64,000 nucleotides of DNA from Bacillota bacterium (GCA_050952625.1 JBMNLH010000005.1:32001-96000); one strand, 5' to 3'. Numbered from the stretch's first letter, positions 41,345-52,018 are shown. The notes: generated from the sequence alone by a model not told the origin. Translations and numbers: made by a program.

Positions 41345-41710
41345 CTTTTTTTAGCCCAGGTCTGTTCCGCGGTTAAATCGGTACCCGCCACTTTATGACT
41401 GGCGGCATACCTGGCACAATTGGTCAGGAGTAGTTCGTTGAGTTCGTCCAAAATTTTTACGTGAGGGATGGGGGTTAGAAAGTTCCTTCTTACGTACCCA
41501 CCAGGTTTTCCATTTGCCCTTTTTGGTTACCCCGTCCTGGTGTGCAGTAGATCGATTCAAAAAGAAAGTGGCTGCGCAGGGCGATGAACTGGTTTTGCTC
41601 ATGACGGGTCCTGCCCCGTAATACCTTTAGAACCGCTGCTTTCAGTTTGTCATAGGTGATGGTTGCCGGTACCCCGCCATAATAGGTAAATGCCTCTACA
41701 TGTCCGGCTA
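41345..41710 (-). pseudogene. IS21-family IstA fragment
   Basis: HVEAFTYYGGVP..ITYD.LK...HFLFE..YC.PGRGNQKGQMENLVG, followed by a stop. Confidence 0.8.
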
Positions 41711-41965
41711 CCTCAGCCTGAACTTGCCTTCATTTTGTTCGGTTGTACTAACCTGTTTCTCATTCGTAACTATCCCCTATAAAAATGCGAATATATTGCA
41801 TATCGCAATACATTTTCACATTCACAATATGGTATTAACCGCTCATGATAAAGTTTCCATCTGAAGCCTTGATTGAAGGGAGCCTCAATTGAAGTTCGAT
41901 GTTCAGCAATGTTGAATGAGTCCAATTTTTATTTAGGTCAAATTTTTGTCAGCAACAAGAACCGT

Positions 41966-42096
41966 CAGACTGTGTGAAAACCAATTTTTTCTCTATATAT
42001 CCACAAAAATGATATGATTTAACTAGAAGATACAATGGAAAGGGTGGGTTTATGGGGTACATTCATGGTCAAGACAGGACGTTTTCACACAGTCTG
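41966..42096. mobile_element. 131-bp MITE inserted into a REP (IS1182-like ends)
   Basis: Perfect 16-bp TIR cagactgtgtgaaaac; 4-bp TSD ccgt at 41962-65 and 42097-100. Confidence 0.88.
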
Positions 42097-42877
42097 CCGT
42101 CCCCGTGGCTGGGGTGTTAGCTTCTTTCTGTATTACCCACCTACTAATGCCAGTTATTCTAGAGATCTGTCTGATCGACAAACCCTCGGTACAGAGCTGT
42201 TTTACATATTCATTTTGTTTTTCTCGATCTAGATTCTGCAGTTCATGGCTGTGGTTTACCTGACACACCTTTTTGATTAATTCAATGGCCTCCTGGTCTT
42301 TCCATTTCTTCTTTTCATCGACTTCCAAGCAGACTTCTTTTTCTTCAATGGCGTGGAAGGCTTTAAACTGCTTTTTGGCCTTCTCCCGGTTACCATCAAA
42401 TAAATTGAACACAAAATCTGTATCGACAAGCTTGGGCTGGCCGATAAACTCTCGGTAACTACTCCAGGGATAATCAGTTATCTTGTTTATTACGCCGGCT
42501 TTGATCGGATTTTGATGAATATATCGTAGAACGGTTAAAAAATACCGGTCATCTTCCACCGGCTCGCTTTTGTAACGATCCTGAAATAGATGGCCACATC
42601 GTTCATGTTTCCAGTTATACCAATAAACATAGCTCGCACCGATCCGCCGCATGGTCATGCCCAAGTTTTCTTTTTCTTCCTTCAGCAGCAGATGTACGTG
42701 GTTGCTCATCAAACAGTATGCGTATAATTTGAATTCGCTCTTCTGCTTATATTTTTCTAAGGTCCATAAAAACTGCAGTGCATCTTCCTTATCCTTGAAA
42801 ATAGTCTGCCGGTTGATCCCGCGTAAAATTATATGATAGATCCCGGTTTCGCTTTTTCTTCGAGCCGTTCTGGGCAT
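42050..42877 (-). CDS. REP-associated tyrosine transposase (RAYT, Y1 HUH) with a C-terminal HTH
   Basis: MPRTAR, YHIILRG, YCLMSNHVHLL, GHLFQDRYKS, YIHQNP.KAG and YPWSSY motifs; flanked by REPs. Confidence 0.92.
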   Translation of the reverse strand: MPRTARRKSETGIYHIILRGINRQTIFKDKEDALQFLWTLEKYKQKSEFKLYAYCLMSNHVHLLLKEEKENLGMTMRRIGASYVYWYNWKHERCGHLFQDRYKSEPVEDDRYFLTVLRYIHQNPIKAGVINKITDYPWSSYREFIGQPKLVDTDFVFNLFDGNREKAKKQFKAFHAIEEKEVCLEVDEKKKWKDQEAIELIKKVCQVNHSHELQNLDREKQNEYVKQLCTEGLSIRQISRITGISRWVIQKEANTPATGTADCVKTSCLDHECTP

Positions 42878-43104
42878 TTTATTCCCTCCTTATATTGCAT
42901 CATATCACTTTATGGCTGCTTTTGCCAGCCATAAGAACCGTCCCTTTGGTTGTTTTTTTGCTGCTTCTGTCAGCCAGAACCTCCGGTCGTGGTCGCCAGC
43001 CACGAGAACCGTCCCCGTGGTTGTTGCCCTATCTTGAGTTATCCATGGTATAATGGGGAAGGAAGGTGATTGTAGAAAATAATACCTATGGGGGGCTAAT
43101 ATTG

Positions 43105-45324
43105 ATGCACAAGATAATATTCGTTTCCAATAGGTTGCCGGTCACGGTCAAAAAAGGGGCAGCCGGGTTTGAGTGTCGGGAAAGCATCGGCGGACTGGCC
43201 ACGGGCTTGAAAAGCTACCATGGACAAGCTAATAGCCTCTGGGTAGGCTGGCTGGGGATTGCGGCAGAAGAATTGAATCTGTCAGAACGACAGAGCCTTC
43301 ATGACAAGCTGCTGAACGAATATAAATGCCGGCCGGTTTTTTTAACAGAGCAAGAAATTAATCAATACTATTATCGATTTTGCAACAAGACGATCTGGCC
43401 GCTGTTTCACTATTTCGTCAATAAAACAGACTGCGAACCGGAAACCTGGGAGACTTATCAGCAGGTCAATCAGAAATTTTTTGCGGCCCTGGAGCCGCTT
43501 ATTGAGGAAAACGACGTTATTTGGATCCATGATTACCATTTGATGCTGTTGCCCCGGCTGGTCAAAGAGAAATACCCGCAGACGAAAGTGGGGTTTTTCC
43601 TGCACATTCCTTTTCCTTCCTTTGAAATATTTCGTTTGCTGGTCTGGCGGGAAGAAATATTGCTGGGCCTTTTAGGGGCGGATTTAATTGGTTTTCATAC
43701 TTATGACTATGTCCGTCACTTTTTAAGCAGTGTTCGGCGGTTGCTGGGCCTGGACCATAATTTTAATAAAATCAGTTATGATGGTCGCTGCGTGAAAGTT
43801 GACGCCTTTCCAATGGGTATAGATTATGATTTGTTTGCTCAAGGCTTTACCGATGAACAATTACCCCGGGAGATTGCTCAAATAAGTGAAAGTATTAAAG
43901 ATGCCAAAGACACTAAGATAGTTCTGTCGATTGACCGGCTTGATTACACTAAAGGTATTCCGGAACGAATCCGCGCTTTTCGCCGGTTTTTAGCCAATTA
44001 TCCTGAGTATCACGGAAAGATTCGGTTATATTTGATTGTCGCCCCCTCCCGGGAAGGGGTAGATTCCTACGATGAATTGCTCAAGGAAATAGAAGAATTA
44101 GTCAGTCGAGTCAATGGCAAGTACGGAACCCTAAGCTGGATGCCGATCTGGTATATTTATCGGATTTTACAGCAAGAGTACCTGATTAATTTTTACCGGC
44201 AGGCTGACGTGTTATTAGTCACCCCGCTCCGCGACGGCATGAATCTGGTAGCCAAAGAATACATCGCCGCCCGGACTGATTATCAGGGGATGCTGGTTAT
44301 TAGTGAAACCGCCGGGGCAGCCAGTGAATTAGGAGAAGCCGTCATTGTCAACCCCAATGACTTTGATGCGATTGCTCTGGGCCTGAAGACGGCTCTGGAA
44401 ATGCCCCCGGACGAGAAGATGATGCGTAATAAAATGATGCATAAACGGCTGCAGCGCTATAACGTAAAGTTTTGGGCCAGTGAGTTTTTAAACAGCTTAA
44501 ACCAGGCGGTGGTCGACTCTGCCCAAAACATCTCTGTTCGAAGCCTCGAAAAAGAGCTGGATAAAATCAAGCAGGCTTATCAGGCCGCCCAAAACAGAGT
44601 GCTTTTTCTGGATTATGATGGTACTTTGGTGGGGTTTCAGCCGATCCCGGCGCAGGCCAAACCAGATCCGGAGCTAAAGGGGTTGTTGGCGGATTTGGCC
44701 AATGATCCGAGAAATACGGTGGTGATTGTCTCCGGACGGGACAAGGATGTCCTGGATGAATGGTTAGGCGACCTGAATCTGCATCTGTTAGCCGCGCATG
44801 GCTTGTGGTTTCGCCACCCGGATCAAAAAGAGTGGAGCATGACCGCACCCCTGGATAATGACTGGAAAGATTCAGTGCGGTCGGTCCTGGTCTTTTATAC
44901 GGATCGAATCCCCGGCTCTTTTATTGAAGAGAAAAATTACTCAATTGCCTGGCATTATCGGCAGTGCGAGCCGGAACTGGTCGATATTAAATTGAATGAG
45001 ATCAGGGAAAACCTGATGTCATTAATTGGTTCTACTACTTTAGGGATTCAGGAAGGAAATAAGGTGCTGGAAGTCAAAGATACGAGAGTAAATAAAGGGT
45101 TTATCTCTTCCATCTTTATTCAGCGCAGCAGTTTTGATTTTATTCTTGGGGCCGGCGACGACTATACTGACGAGGACTTGTTCGCCTCGCTTCCCCCGGA
45201 TGCTTTTTCCATTAAAATCGGCCTGGAAAAGACGCAGGCTAATTATCATGTTAAATCGTGGCAGTCGATGCGCTTGATCCTGCAGGCCCTGGCGAAAATT
45301 AGCAAGATAAATAAGGGTGAGTAG
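43105..45324 (+). CDS. Bifunctional trehalose-6-phosphate synthase/phosphatase
   Basis: VSNRLP, WIHDYHL, DRLDYTKGI and DGMNLVAKEY (GT20) plus FLDYDGTL and GDDYTDE (HAD). Confidence 0.93.
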   Translation: MHKIIFVSNRLPVTVKKGAAGFECRESIGGLATGLKSYHGQANSLWVGWLGIAAEELNLSERQSLHDKLLNEYKCRPVFLTEQEINQYYYRFCNKTIWPLFHYFVNKTDCEPETWETYQQVNQKFFAALEPLIEENDVIWIHDYHLMLLPRLVKEKYPQTKVGFFLHIPFPSFEIFRLLVWREEILLGLLGADLIGFHTYDYVRHFLSSVRRLLGLDHNFNKISYDGRCVKVDAFPMGIDYDLFAQGFTDEQLPREIAQISESIKDAKDTKIVLSIDRLDYTKGIPERIRAFRRFLANYPEYHGKIRLYLIVAPSREGVDSYDELLKEIEELVSRVNGKYGTLSWMPIWYIYRILQQEYLINFYRQADVLLVTPLRDGMNLVAKEYIAARTDYQGMLVISETAGAASELGEAVIVNPNDFDAIALGLKTALEMPPDEKMMRNKMMHKRLQRYNVKFWASEFLNSLNQAVVDSAQNISVRSLEKELDKIKQAYQAAQNRVLFLDYDGTLVGFQPIPAQAKPDPELKGLLADLANDPRNTVVIVSGRDKDVLDEWLGDLNLHLLAAHGLWFRHPDQKEWSMTAPLDNDWKDSVRSVLVFYTDRIPGSFIEEKNYSIAWHYRQCEPELVDIKLNEIRENLMSLIGSTTLGIQEGNKVLEVKDTRVNKGFISSIFIQRSSFDFILGAGDDYTDEDLFASLPPDAFSIKIGLEKTQANYHVKSWQSMRLILQALAKISKINKGE

Positions 45325-45335
45325 GTGGTGGTTTA

Positions 45336-47661
45336 ATGCCAGACAGAGCCGCAATTTTTGAGTTGGATAATTTTTGTTTGGATAATTATCACGTTAAATT
45401 AAATGAGGTGCTGTTTCACAATGCCAATGGGTATATCGGGGTGCGTTACGATTTGGAAGAAGGCTATCCGGGCGAATATGATGTGACCCCCAGTCAATAT
45501 ATCAACGGGTTCTATGACTTTGCCAAGTTAGGCCAGGCGGAAAAATTGTACGGGTTGACAGATGAAAAACAAACCATTTTAAACATTGCGAATACCCAGC
45601 CGATCCGGATCACTTTTGAGGATGAGGAGTTCAGCATGTTTACCGGCACCGTGCTGGAGAGCCGGCTGCGCCTGGATATGAATCGGGGGGTAACGGTCAG
45701 GGAGGTCAAATGGCGTTCGCCCCAGGGGAAAGAGATTAAGTTAACGGTTACGCGAATGGCCTCTTTTTATCAACTTCCATTATTTACGATTGAATATGAA
45801 GTGGAGCCGTTAAATTTTACCGGCGATGTTGTGATTGAATCGGTGCATCAGGGAAATGTGTTAAATTATGTTAATCCGGCGGACCCGCGGATTGCGCAGG
45901 AACGGATTCGGTATTTGACCCCCATCAGTTGTGAAATCAAAAAGGGGGCGTCTTATATAACCTCTAAAACCTCAAAATCAGGCCTGGAGGTCTGCACCGG
46001 CGTCAAAAACCTCTTGCCGCAAGAACATCAGCAGGAGTTTATTATAGATAATAATGATGCTGTTTGTCGGTTTAATGCCGTCGCTAAACAGCGAAAAAAA
46101 ATCCGGTTGATCAAGTATGCCGTTTTTTGCGATTCGATTCGCTACCCGGATTGTCGGCAGCAGGCAGAAACTGAACTGAAGAAGGCTTTATCGGTGCCTT
46201 TGGAAGAGTATTACAAGAAGCAAGCCGCTTACCTGGCGGAATATTGGGATAATTGTCTCGTGGAAATCGATGGGGATGAATCGGTGAATAATGCTATTCG
46301 CTACAATTTATACCAATTATTTCAATCAGTGGGCAAGGACAAGTACTGTAATATCTCCCCGAAAGGATTAAGCGGCGATGGTTATGAGGGGCATTATTTC
46401 TGGGATTCCGAGATGTATATCTACCCCTTTTTCACGATCACCAATCCGGCCATTACCCGCAAGCTGCTGGAATACCGGTATGCAACGCTTGACCTGGCTC
46501 GGGAGAATGCCCGGATATTAGGTCATCAAAGCGGGGCGCTGTATCCCTGGCGCACGATTATGGGCCGCGAATGCTCCGGGTTTTTCCCGGCCGGTTCGGC
46601 CCAGTACCATATCAATGGCGATATTGCCTATGCCATTATTGCTTATTATTTAGCGACCAAGGATTTGGCGTTTATTCGAGAAATGGGAGCCGAGATGATT
46701 TGGGAAACCGCTCGGCTATGGATTGATGTGGGCAGTTTTTACGCCGGGAAATTTTACATCAATGACGTCACCGGTCCGGATGAGTACACCTGTATCGTAA
46801 ATAACAATTATTACACGAATGTGTTGGCGCAATACCACTTGACCTGGGCGGTAAAGTTTTACCATCTATTAAAGGCAGCTGGCGGGCTAGCAGATTTGGA
46901 ACGGAAAATCCAGATTAAAGAGTCGGAAATAGCGCTTTTTCAGCGAGCGGCTGAAAGCATGTACCTGCCCTACGATGCGCAGTTAAAAATTAATCCGCAG
47001 GACGACTCCTTCCTGCAGAAGAAACCGTGGGATCTGGCCAGTATTCCGCGAGACAAGTTTCCTTTGCTGCTCCATTATCATCCTCTGCATTTATACCGGC
47101 ACCAGATCTGCAAACAGGCGGATACGGTGATGGCGCATTTTATCCTGGAAGACGCGCAGTCCCCGGAAACCATCTTAAACTCGTTTAATTACTATGAAAA
47201 GATCACGACCCACGATTCTTCGCTGTCCCGGTGCATCTTCAGCATTGTGGCGGCCCGGTTGGGGATGGTCGACAAGGCTTACGCCTATTTTCGAGCACAC
47301 GGTTCGTTTAGATCTGGACAATCTGCATCGGAATACGCCAGACGGCATTCATACCGCCAATATGGGCGGTAGTTATATGGCTGTGGTCTATGGCTTTGGG
47401 GGGTTCCGGCTGAAAGAGAGCGGCTTCTATTTTGCGCCGGTTTTACCGGCGGCCTGGACCGCCTATCGCTTCAAACTCCGCCTGGAAGAGAGCCGGATTG
47501 CCGTGGAGGTCAAGGAACACGAGTGCGTGTTCAGGCTGGAGAACGGCCCGGCCATAAAGATATTTGTCTATGGCCAAGAGTACCGGTTAACTGACACGCT
47601 GACGGTCGGCCGACAGCCGACAGCCACGGGGACGGTTCTTGTGGCCGGTAAGTCGCGGTAA
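45336..47661 (+). CDS. GH65 trehalose/kojibiose phosphorylase, frameshifted near 47290
   Basis: GHYFWD, GPDEY, KQADT and HDSSLS motifs; C-terminus (GIHTANMGG) lies in a second frame. Confidence 0.88.
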
Positions 47662-48040
47662 CATATTAATCCATAACGGATTCGTTTCATGCAGGGTGCA
47701 GAGCCGGTTGAGTCTACTCTCGGTAACATACTAATCCTTAACGCCCGCCGGCAGCCGGCGGGCAACAAACTGGCCTGCTCAAGTCGCGGTAACATACTGG
47801 CCGGTAAGTCGCGTTCCAGCCAAGGGGACGCGTTATGTCGTCGAGGTGAGTTTCCAACGAAAAGGGATCTGGGAATAGGGATCTGGCTCGTAACATATTA
47901 ATCCATATTCGTTATGTCAAAACATGGGCCATGATCTATATATCTAGCGGGGATGGGCAACCATCTAACTAGGAGTTAAAGAAGCAGGAATTTCTAAAGC
48001 AGGAATATTGTTCAACAAAGAAAGGAACGGTTTCGGTTGC

Positions 48041-48709
48041 ATGAAGTACCAAGCGATTATCTTTGATTTAGACGGGGTTATCTGCCACACGGACCAGTAT
48101 CATTATTTGGCCTGGAAACAAATCGCCGATGAGCTCGAGGTCTACTTTGATGAGCAGATCAATAACCGGCTGCGAGGCGTCAGCCGCCGGGAAAGCCTGG
48201 AGATAATCCTGGAAGCCTATCCGGGCCGGCTAACTGAAGAAGAAAAGACTTATTACACCGAGAAGAAAAATGGACTTTACCGTAGTTTACTGCAAAACAT
48301 GTCGCCGGCTGATGTCACCGCAGAGGTAAGGGAAACCCTGGACCAGCTAAGGTCCCAGGGGATTCTCCTGGCCATCGGCTCCTCCAGCAAAAACGCGAAA
48401 TCCATCTTAAAACAAATCGGCCTGGAGGATTACTTCGATGCCGTATCAGACGGGACCAACATTACCCATTCCAAGCCGGATCCGGAAGTGTTTTTAAAAG
48501 CCAGTCAGTTTCTAGGGGTTGAACCGCGGTTGTGCCTGGTGGTGGAAGATGCCAGATCCGGCGTAGAAGCCGCCCTAGCCGCGAACATGGATTGCGCGGC
48601 CATCGGCGACGCCACCAAATACAACCTGGCCCAGTACAACCTCCAACGTTTCTCCGACTTACTGCAAATCAGCCAATTCAGCCACGGGGACGGTTCTTGT
48701 GGCCGGTAA
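48041..48709 (+). CDS. pgmB: Beta-phosphoglucomutase
   Basis: FDLDGVI, H..AWK, GVSR, SSSKNA and SKPDPEVF motifs. Confidence 0.9.
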   Translation: MKYQAIIFDLDGVICHTDQYHYLAWKQIADELEVYFDEQINNRLRGVSRRESLEIILEAYPGRLTEEEKTYYTEKKNGLYRSLLQNMSPADVTAEVRETLDQLRSQGILLAIGSSSKNAKSILKQIGLEDYFDAVSDGTNITHSKPDPEVFLKASQFLGVEPRLCLVVEDARSGVEAALAANMDCAAIGDATKYNLAQYNLQRFSDLLQISQFSHGDGSCGR

Positions 48710-48861
48710 AATATGAGACATAGCAATAAAACTCTCGGGGGCGATTGACGGAATGGGGATTTATCTGCTAGATGGACACCGGGTTTTCCGAAGACACTGA
48801 TTGCCGAAAATGCTATAATAGATAGCCAACAGAATGATACGTGTAAGCGAGGGGTTATTGC

Positions 48862-49916
48862 GTGATCAATCCTGAAAGTTCTCATCACTGTCTTGATCAA
48901 TTGAAGCATAGAGAATTAGAGCCAGGAAACCAAGCTGGTAACCTGAAGTACGAAGTGGCTTCCCCAACCTTTAAGGCGATTGCCACTAGCAGCCAAACCA
49001 ACAGAAACCAGCAACCCAGAAAGAAAGTCCGGAAAGCGGTTATCCCGGCTGCCGGGCTGGGGACCCGTTTCTCTGCCGGCGACCAAGGCCCAGCCCAAAG
49101 AGATGTTGCCGGTTGTTGATAAGCCGGCTATCCAGTACATCGTCGAAGAGGCAGTTCAGTCTGGGATTGAGGATATTATTATCATCACCGGCCGCGGGAA
49201 GCGGGCGATTGAGGATCATTTCGATAAATCTTATGAGTTGGAGAGCATTCTGGAGGAAAAATGCGATTTCGATAAGCTGCGGGAGATTCGGGAGATTGTG
49301 AACCTGGTAGAGATTCACTATATTCGGCAGCGCGAGCCACGGGGGCTGGGGCATGCCATTTACTGTGCCCGCAAGTTTGTGGGAGATGAACCGTTTGCGG
49401 TTTTGCTGGGTGATGATATTGTGGTTTCGGAAACTCCCTGCTTGCGGCAATTGATTGACTTCTATAATGAGTATGGCGGATCAGTTTTGGGGGTGCAGCC
49501 GGTGCCGCAAAGCGAGGTCAGTCGGTACGGGATAGTTGAATCCATGCCGGATGATTCGATCAAATCTGATCATGCGCAACGCTTGGTGCGGGTTAAGGAT
49601 CTGAGTGGAGAAACCCCCGATTGAGGAGGCTCCGTCAAATATTGCGATTTTGGGCCGCTACATCATCCAGCCGGAGGTTTTTAGTTTTTTGGAGAAACAG
49701 ACCCCCGGGGCCGGCGGCGAAATCCAGCTCACGGATGCTTTGCGGGCGTTAAAGAATGTTAGTCCCATGTATGCCTGTTCTTTTAGCGGTAAGCGGTACG
49801 ATATCGGAACTAAGATGGGTTACCTGGAGGCAACCGTGGAGATGGCCTTGCGCCGCGAAGACCTGAAGGACGAGTTTGCTAGTTACTTGCGGAACCTGCT
49901 GGGAGTAGAGCAGTAG
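48862..49916 (+). pseudogene. galU: UTP-glucose-1-phosphate uridylyltransferase with two single-base insertions (real or sequencing error)
   Basis: KAVIPAAGLGTRF | LPATKAQPKEM ... DL | VEKP ... GGEIQLTD spread over three frames. Confidence 0.9.
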
Positions 49917-50054
49917 AGAAAGCACGGGGGAGGTTCTTCTGCTTCTTTGATTTGTGAGGCATGAGGCGTAAAGGGTTGAAAAAATACAAATATGTTTAAC
50001 TTTGCCTAAGGCGTTTTGGATAAAGGTCAGATCTGGTTAGGGGTTGTATGCATC

Positions 50055-50170
50055 TAACACATTAAGTTAATTAAGTTAATGTTAACATCAGATATTCTAA
50101 CATTTAACGTCTTACATCTAACGTTTAACATTTAACGTTTAACATCTAAATCTATCGTCTATCGTCTAAA
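50055..50170. repeat. Degenerate heptamer tandem repeat (TAACRTY)
   Basis: taacatt taacgtc ttacatc taacgtt taacatt taacgtt taacatc ... Confidence 0.8.
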
Positions 50171-50218
50171 AATACTTTGTCGCCGTGGGTGATAACTCAG
50201 TGAAAGGAACTATGCTAA

Positions 50219-51454
50219 ATGCCAGGATTAAAGAGCAAGCCGATTAAGGTTGCCGTTGTTTTTGGCACGCGGCCGGAGGCGATTAAGATGGCCCCGGTGG
50301 TTAAAGAGTTGCAGCAGTATCCGGAGGAGATCATTACTCGGGTGGCGGTTACTGCGCAGCACCGGCAGATGCTGGACCAGGTGCTGGATCTGTTTAAGAT
50401 CGTGCCGGACTTTGACTTAAATATCATGAAGCAGCAGCAGACCTTGTTTGATATTACTACCCAGGCTTTGACCGGCCTGGGCCAGGTTTTTGCCAAGGAC
50501 CGGCCGGACCTGGTGCTGGTCCACGGCGATACGACTACGACCTTTGCCGGGAGTTTGGCCGCTTTTTACCATCAGATTCCGGTCGGCCATGTTGAGGCTG
50601 GGCTGCGGACGCATGATAAGTATTCTCCTTATCCAGAAGAGATGAACCGCCACCTGACCGGGGTCATCGCGGATCTGCATTTTGCCCCGACTGCTACTTC
50701 CCGAGCTAATCTTTTACGCGAAGGCATTGCCCCGGACAAGATCTATGTGACCGGCAATACGGTGATTGATGCCCTGCTGGCCACGGTCCGCCCAGATTAC
50801 CGTTTTCAGGGAGAGCTGAGCGAGATCGTGAGAAGAAATTCTGAGTTGGAGCGGACCGCGGCCGGAAACCAGAGAAGCAGCGGCGAGGGGCAAGATTTTG
50901 TTTGGCGCGAAGCAACGTCCCGGGTAACGGGCAGCCGCCGTCTGATCCTGGTGACCACGCATCGGCGTGAGAACCTGGGTGATCCCTTGCGCGAGGTTTA
51001 TCTGGCTTTTCGTGATTTGCTGGATACCTTTCCGGATATTGAGCTGGTTTTTCCGGTCCATAAGAACCCCCGCGTGCGCGAGGTGGTGGAACAGGTCCTG
51101 GGCGGGCTGGCGCGGGTGCATCTGATCGAGCCGTTAGACTACGAACCTTTTGCCAACTTGATGAACTATGCGACCCTGGTTCTGACGGATTCCGGCGGTT
51201 TGCAAGAGGAGGCCCCGGCTCTGGGTAAACCGGTGCTGGTGCTGCGGGATACCACGGAACGGCCGGAGGCGGTCGAAGCCGGGACCGTCAAACTGGTCGG
51301 GACAAACCGGGAGTCGGTCTATCAGACTGCGCGGGAACTCCTGGCGAATCCGGCGGAGTATGATAAAATGGCTCGGGCAATTAATCCTTATGGGGATGGT
51401 CAAGCGGCCCGGCGCACGGTACTGGCGATCCGGCACTACTTTGGGCTGACGTAA
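50219..51454 (+). CDS. wecB: UDP-N-acetylglucosamine 2-epimerase (MnaA/WecB) with a ~30-aa insertion
   Basis: FGTRPEAIK, HGDTTT, HVEAGLR, TDSGGLQEEAP and NPYGDG motifs. Confidence 0.93.
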   Translation: MPGLKSKPIKVAVVFGTRPEAIKMAPVVKELQQYPEEIITRVAVTAQHRQMLDQVLDLFKIVPDFDLNIMKQQQTLFDITTQALTGLGQVFAKDRPDLVLVHGDTTTTFAGSLAAFYHQIPVGHVEAGLRTHDKYSPYPEEMNRHLTGVIADLHFAPTATSRANLLREGIAPDKIYVTGNTVIDALLATVRPDYRFQGELSEIVRRNSELERTAAGNQRSSGEGQDFVWREATSRVTGSRRLILVTTHRRENLGDPLREVYLAFRDLLDTFPDIELVFPVHKNPRVREVVEQVLGGLARVHLIEPLDYEPFANLMNYATLVLTDSGGLQEEAPALGKPVLVLRDTTERPEAVEAGTVKLVGTNRESVYQTARELLANPAEYDKMARAINPYGDGQAARRTVLAIRHYFGLT

Positions 51455-51892
51455 CAGCCACGGGGACGGTTCTTGTGGCTGGCAAACGCGGTGCTCAACA
51501 ATGGGGCCGGTTTTTATGGCTGACAAACGTGGTACTATCGGTCGGTTTGTCCCTCGTAACTCGTAATATTATATTAATAATACCCCAGCTTCAAACTTAG
51601 TTGTACAATCCTGAGTTCGGGCTTTGTCCCTCATATTAATTAAAATAATATTCAGAGGAAACCGCTGGGAGTTACAGGCGAGGCAATAGTTTGTCCCTCT
51701 ATAATTAAATAATATCTTGGTTTCGTTTTCTTCGGGCTGTTCTGGGAATTGCATGCTATCTTTTTGTTTGGCATAGCCCCTTACGGAGCTTCTACTAGCC
51801 ACAAGAACCGTCCCTGTGGCTGGGTGTTTATTATGTCTCGCAGGTGGTTATACTTGTGATTAAGTAACTATCTGTTATCGGAGGGGGTAGTT

Positions 51893-52018
51893 TTGGAGGA
51901 GCGAAAGCCTGTAAAACAAAGGGATTTGGTGATCTTTCGCCAGCGGCCGGGTCGGGGGAGGATTTTTACTCTGTTTTGTCAAGCGGCAGAAAAAATTATC
52001 AAAGAGCGTTCTTCATAG
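51893..52018 (+). CDS. Candidate 41-aa small protein (not in the ORF track)
   Basis: RBS ggaggggg, TTG start; MEERKPVKQRDLVIFRQRPGRGRIFTLFCQAAEKIIKERSS. Confidence 0.5.
   Translation: MEERKPVKQRDLVIFRQRPGRGRIFTLFCQAAEKIIKERSS

Larger units (their letters stand above)
18475..51822. repeat. Dispersed 27-bp REP-like hairpin, consensus CAGCCACGGGGACGGTTCTTGTGGCTG
   Basis: Plus copies at 18475, 25414, 32847, 39019, 39086, 39989, 47621, 48679, 51455; degenerate at 49918, partial at 47818. Minus copies at 41950-42111 (split by a MITE), 42926, 42997, 51796. Confidence 0.92.

Noticed and set aside
18475-51822. The 27-bp repeats as a CRISPR array
   Set aside because: They are dispersed kilobases apart in both orientations, with no regular spacers and no cas genes; a RAYT gene explains them
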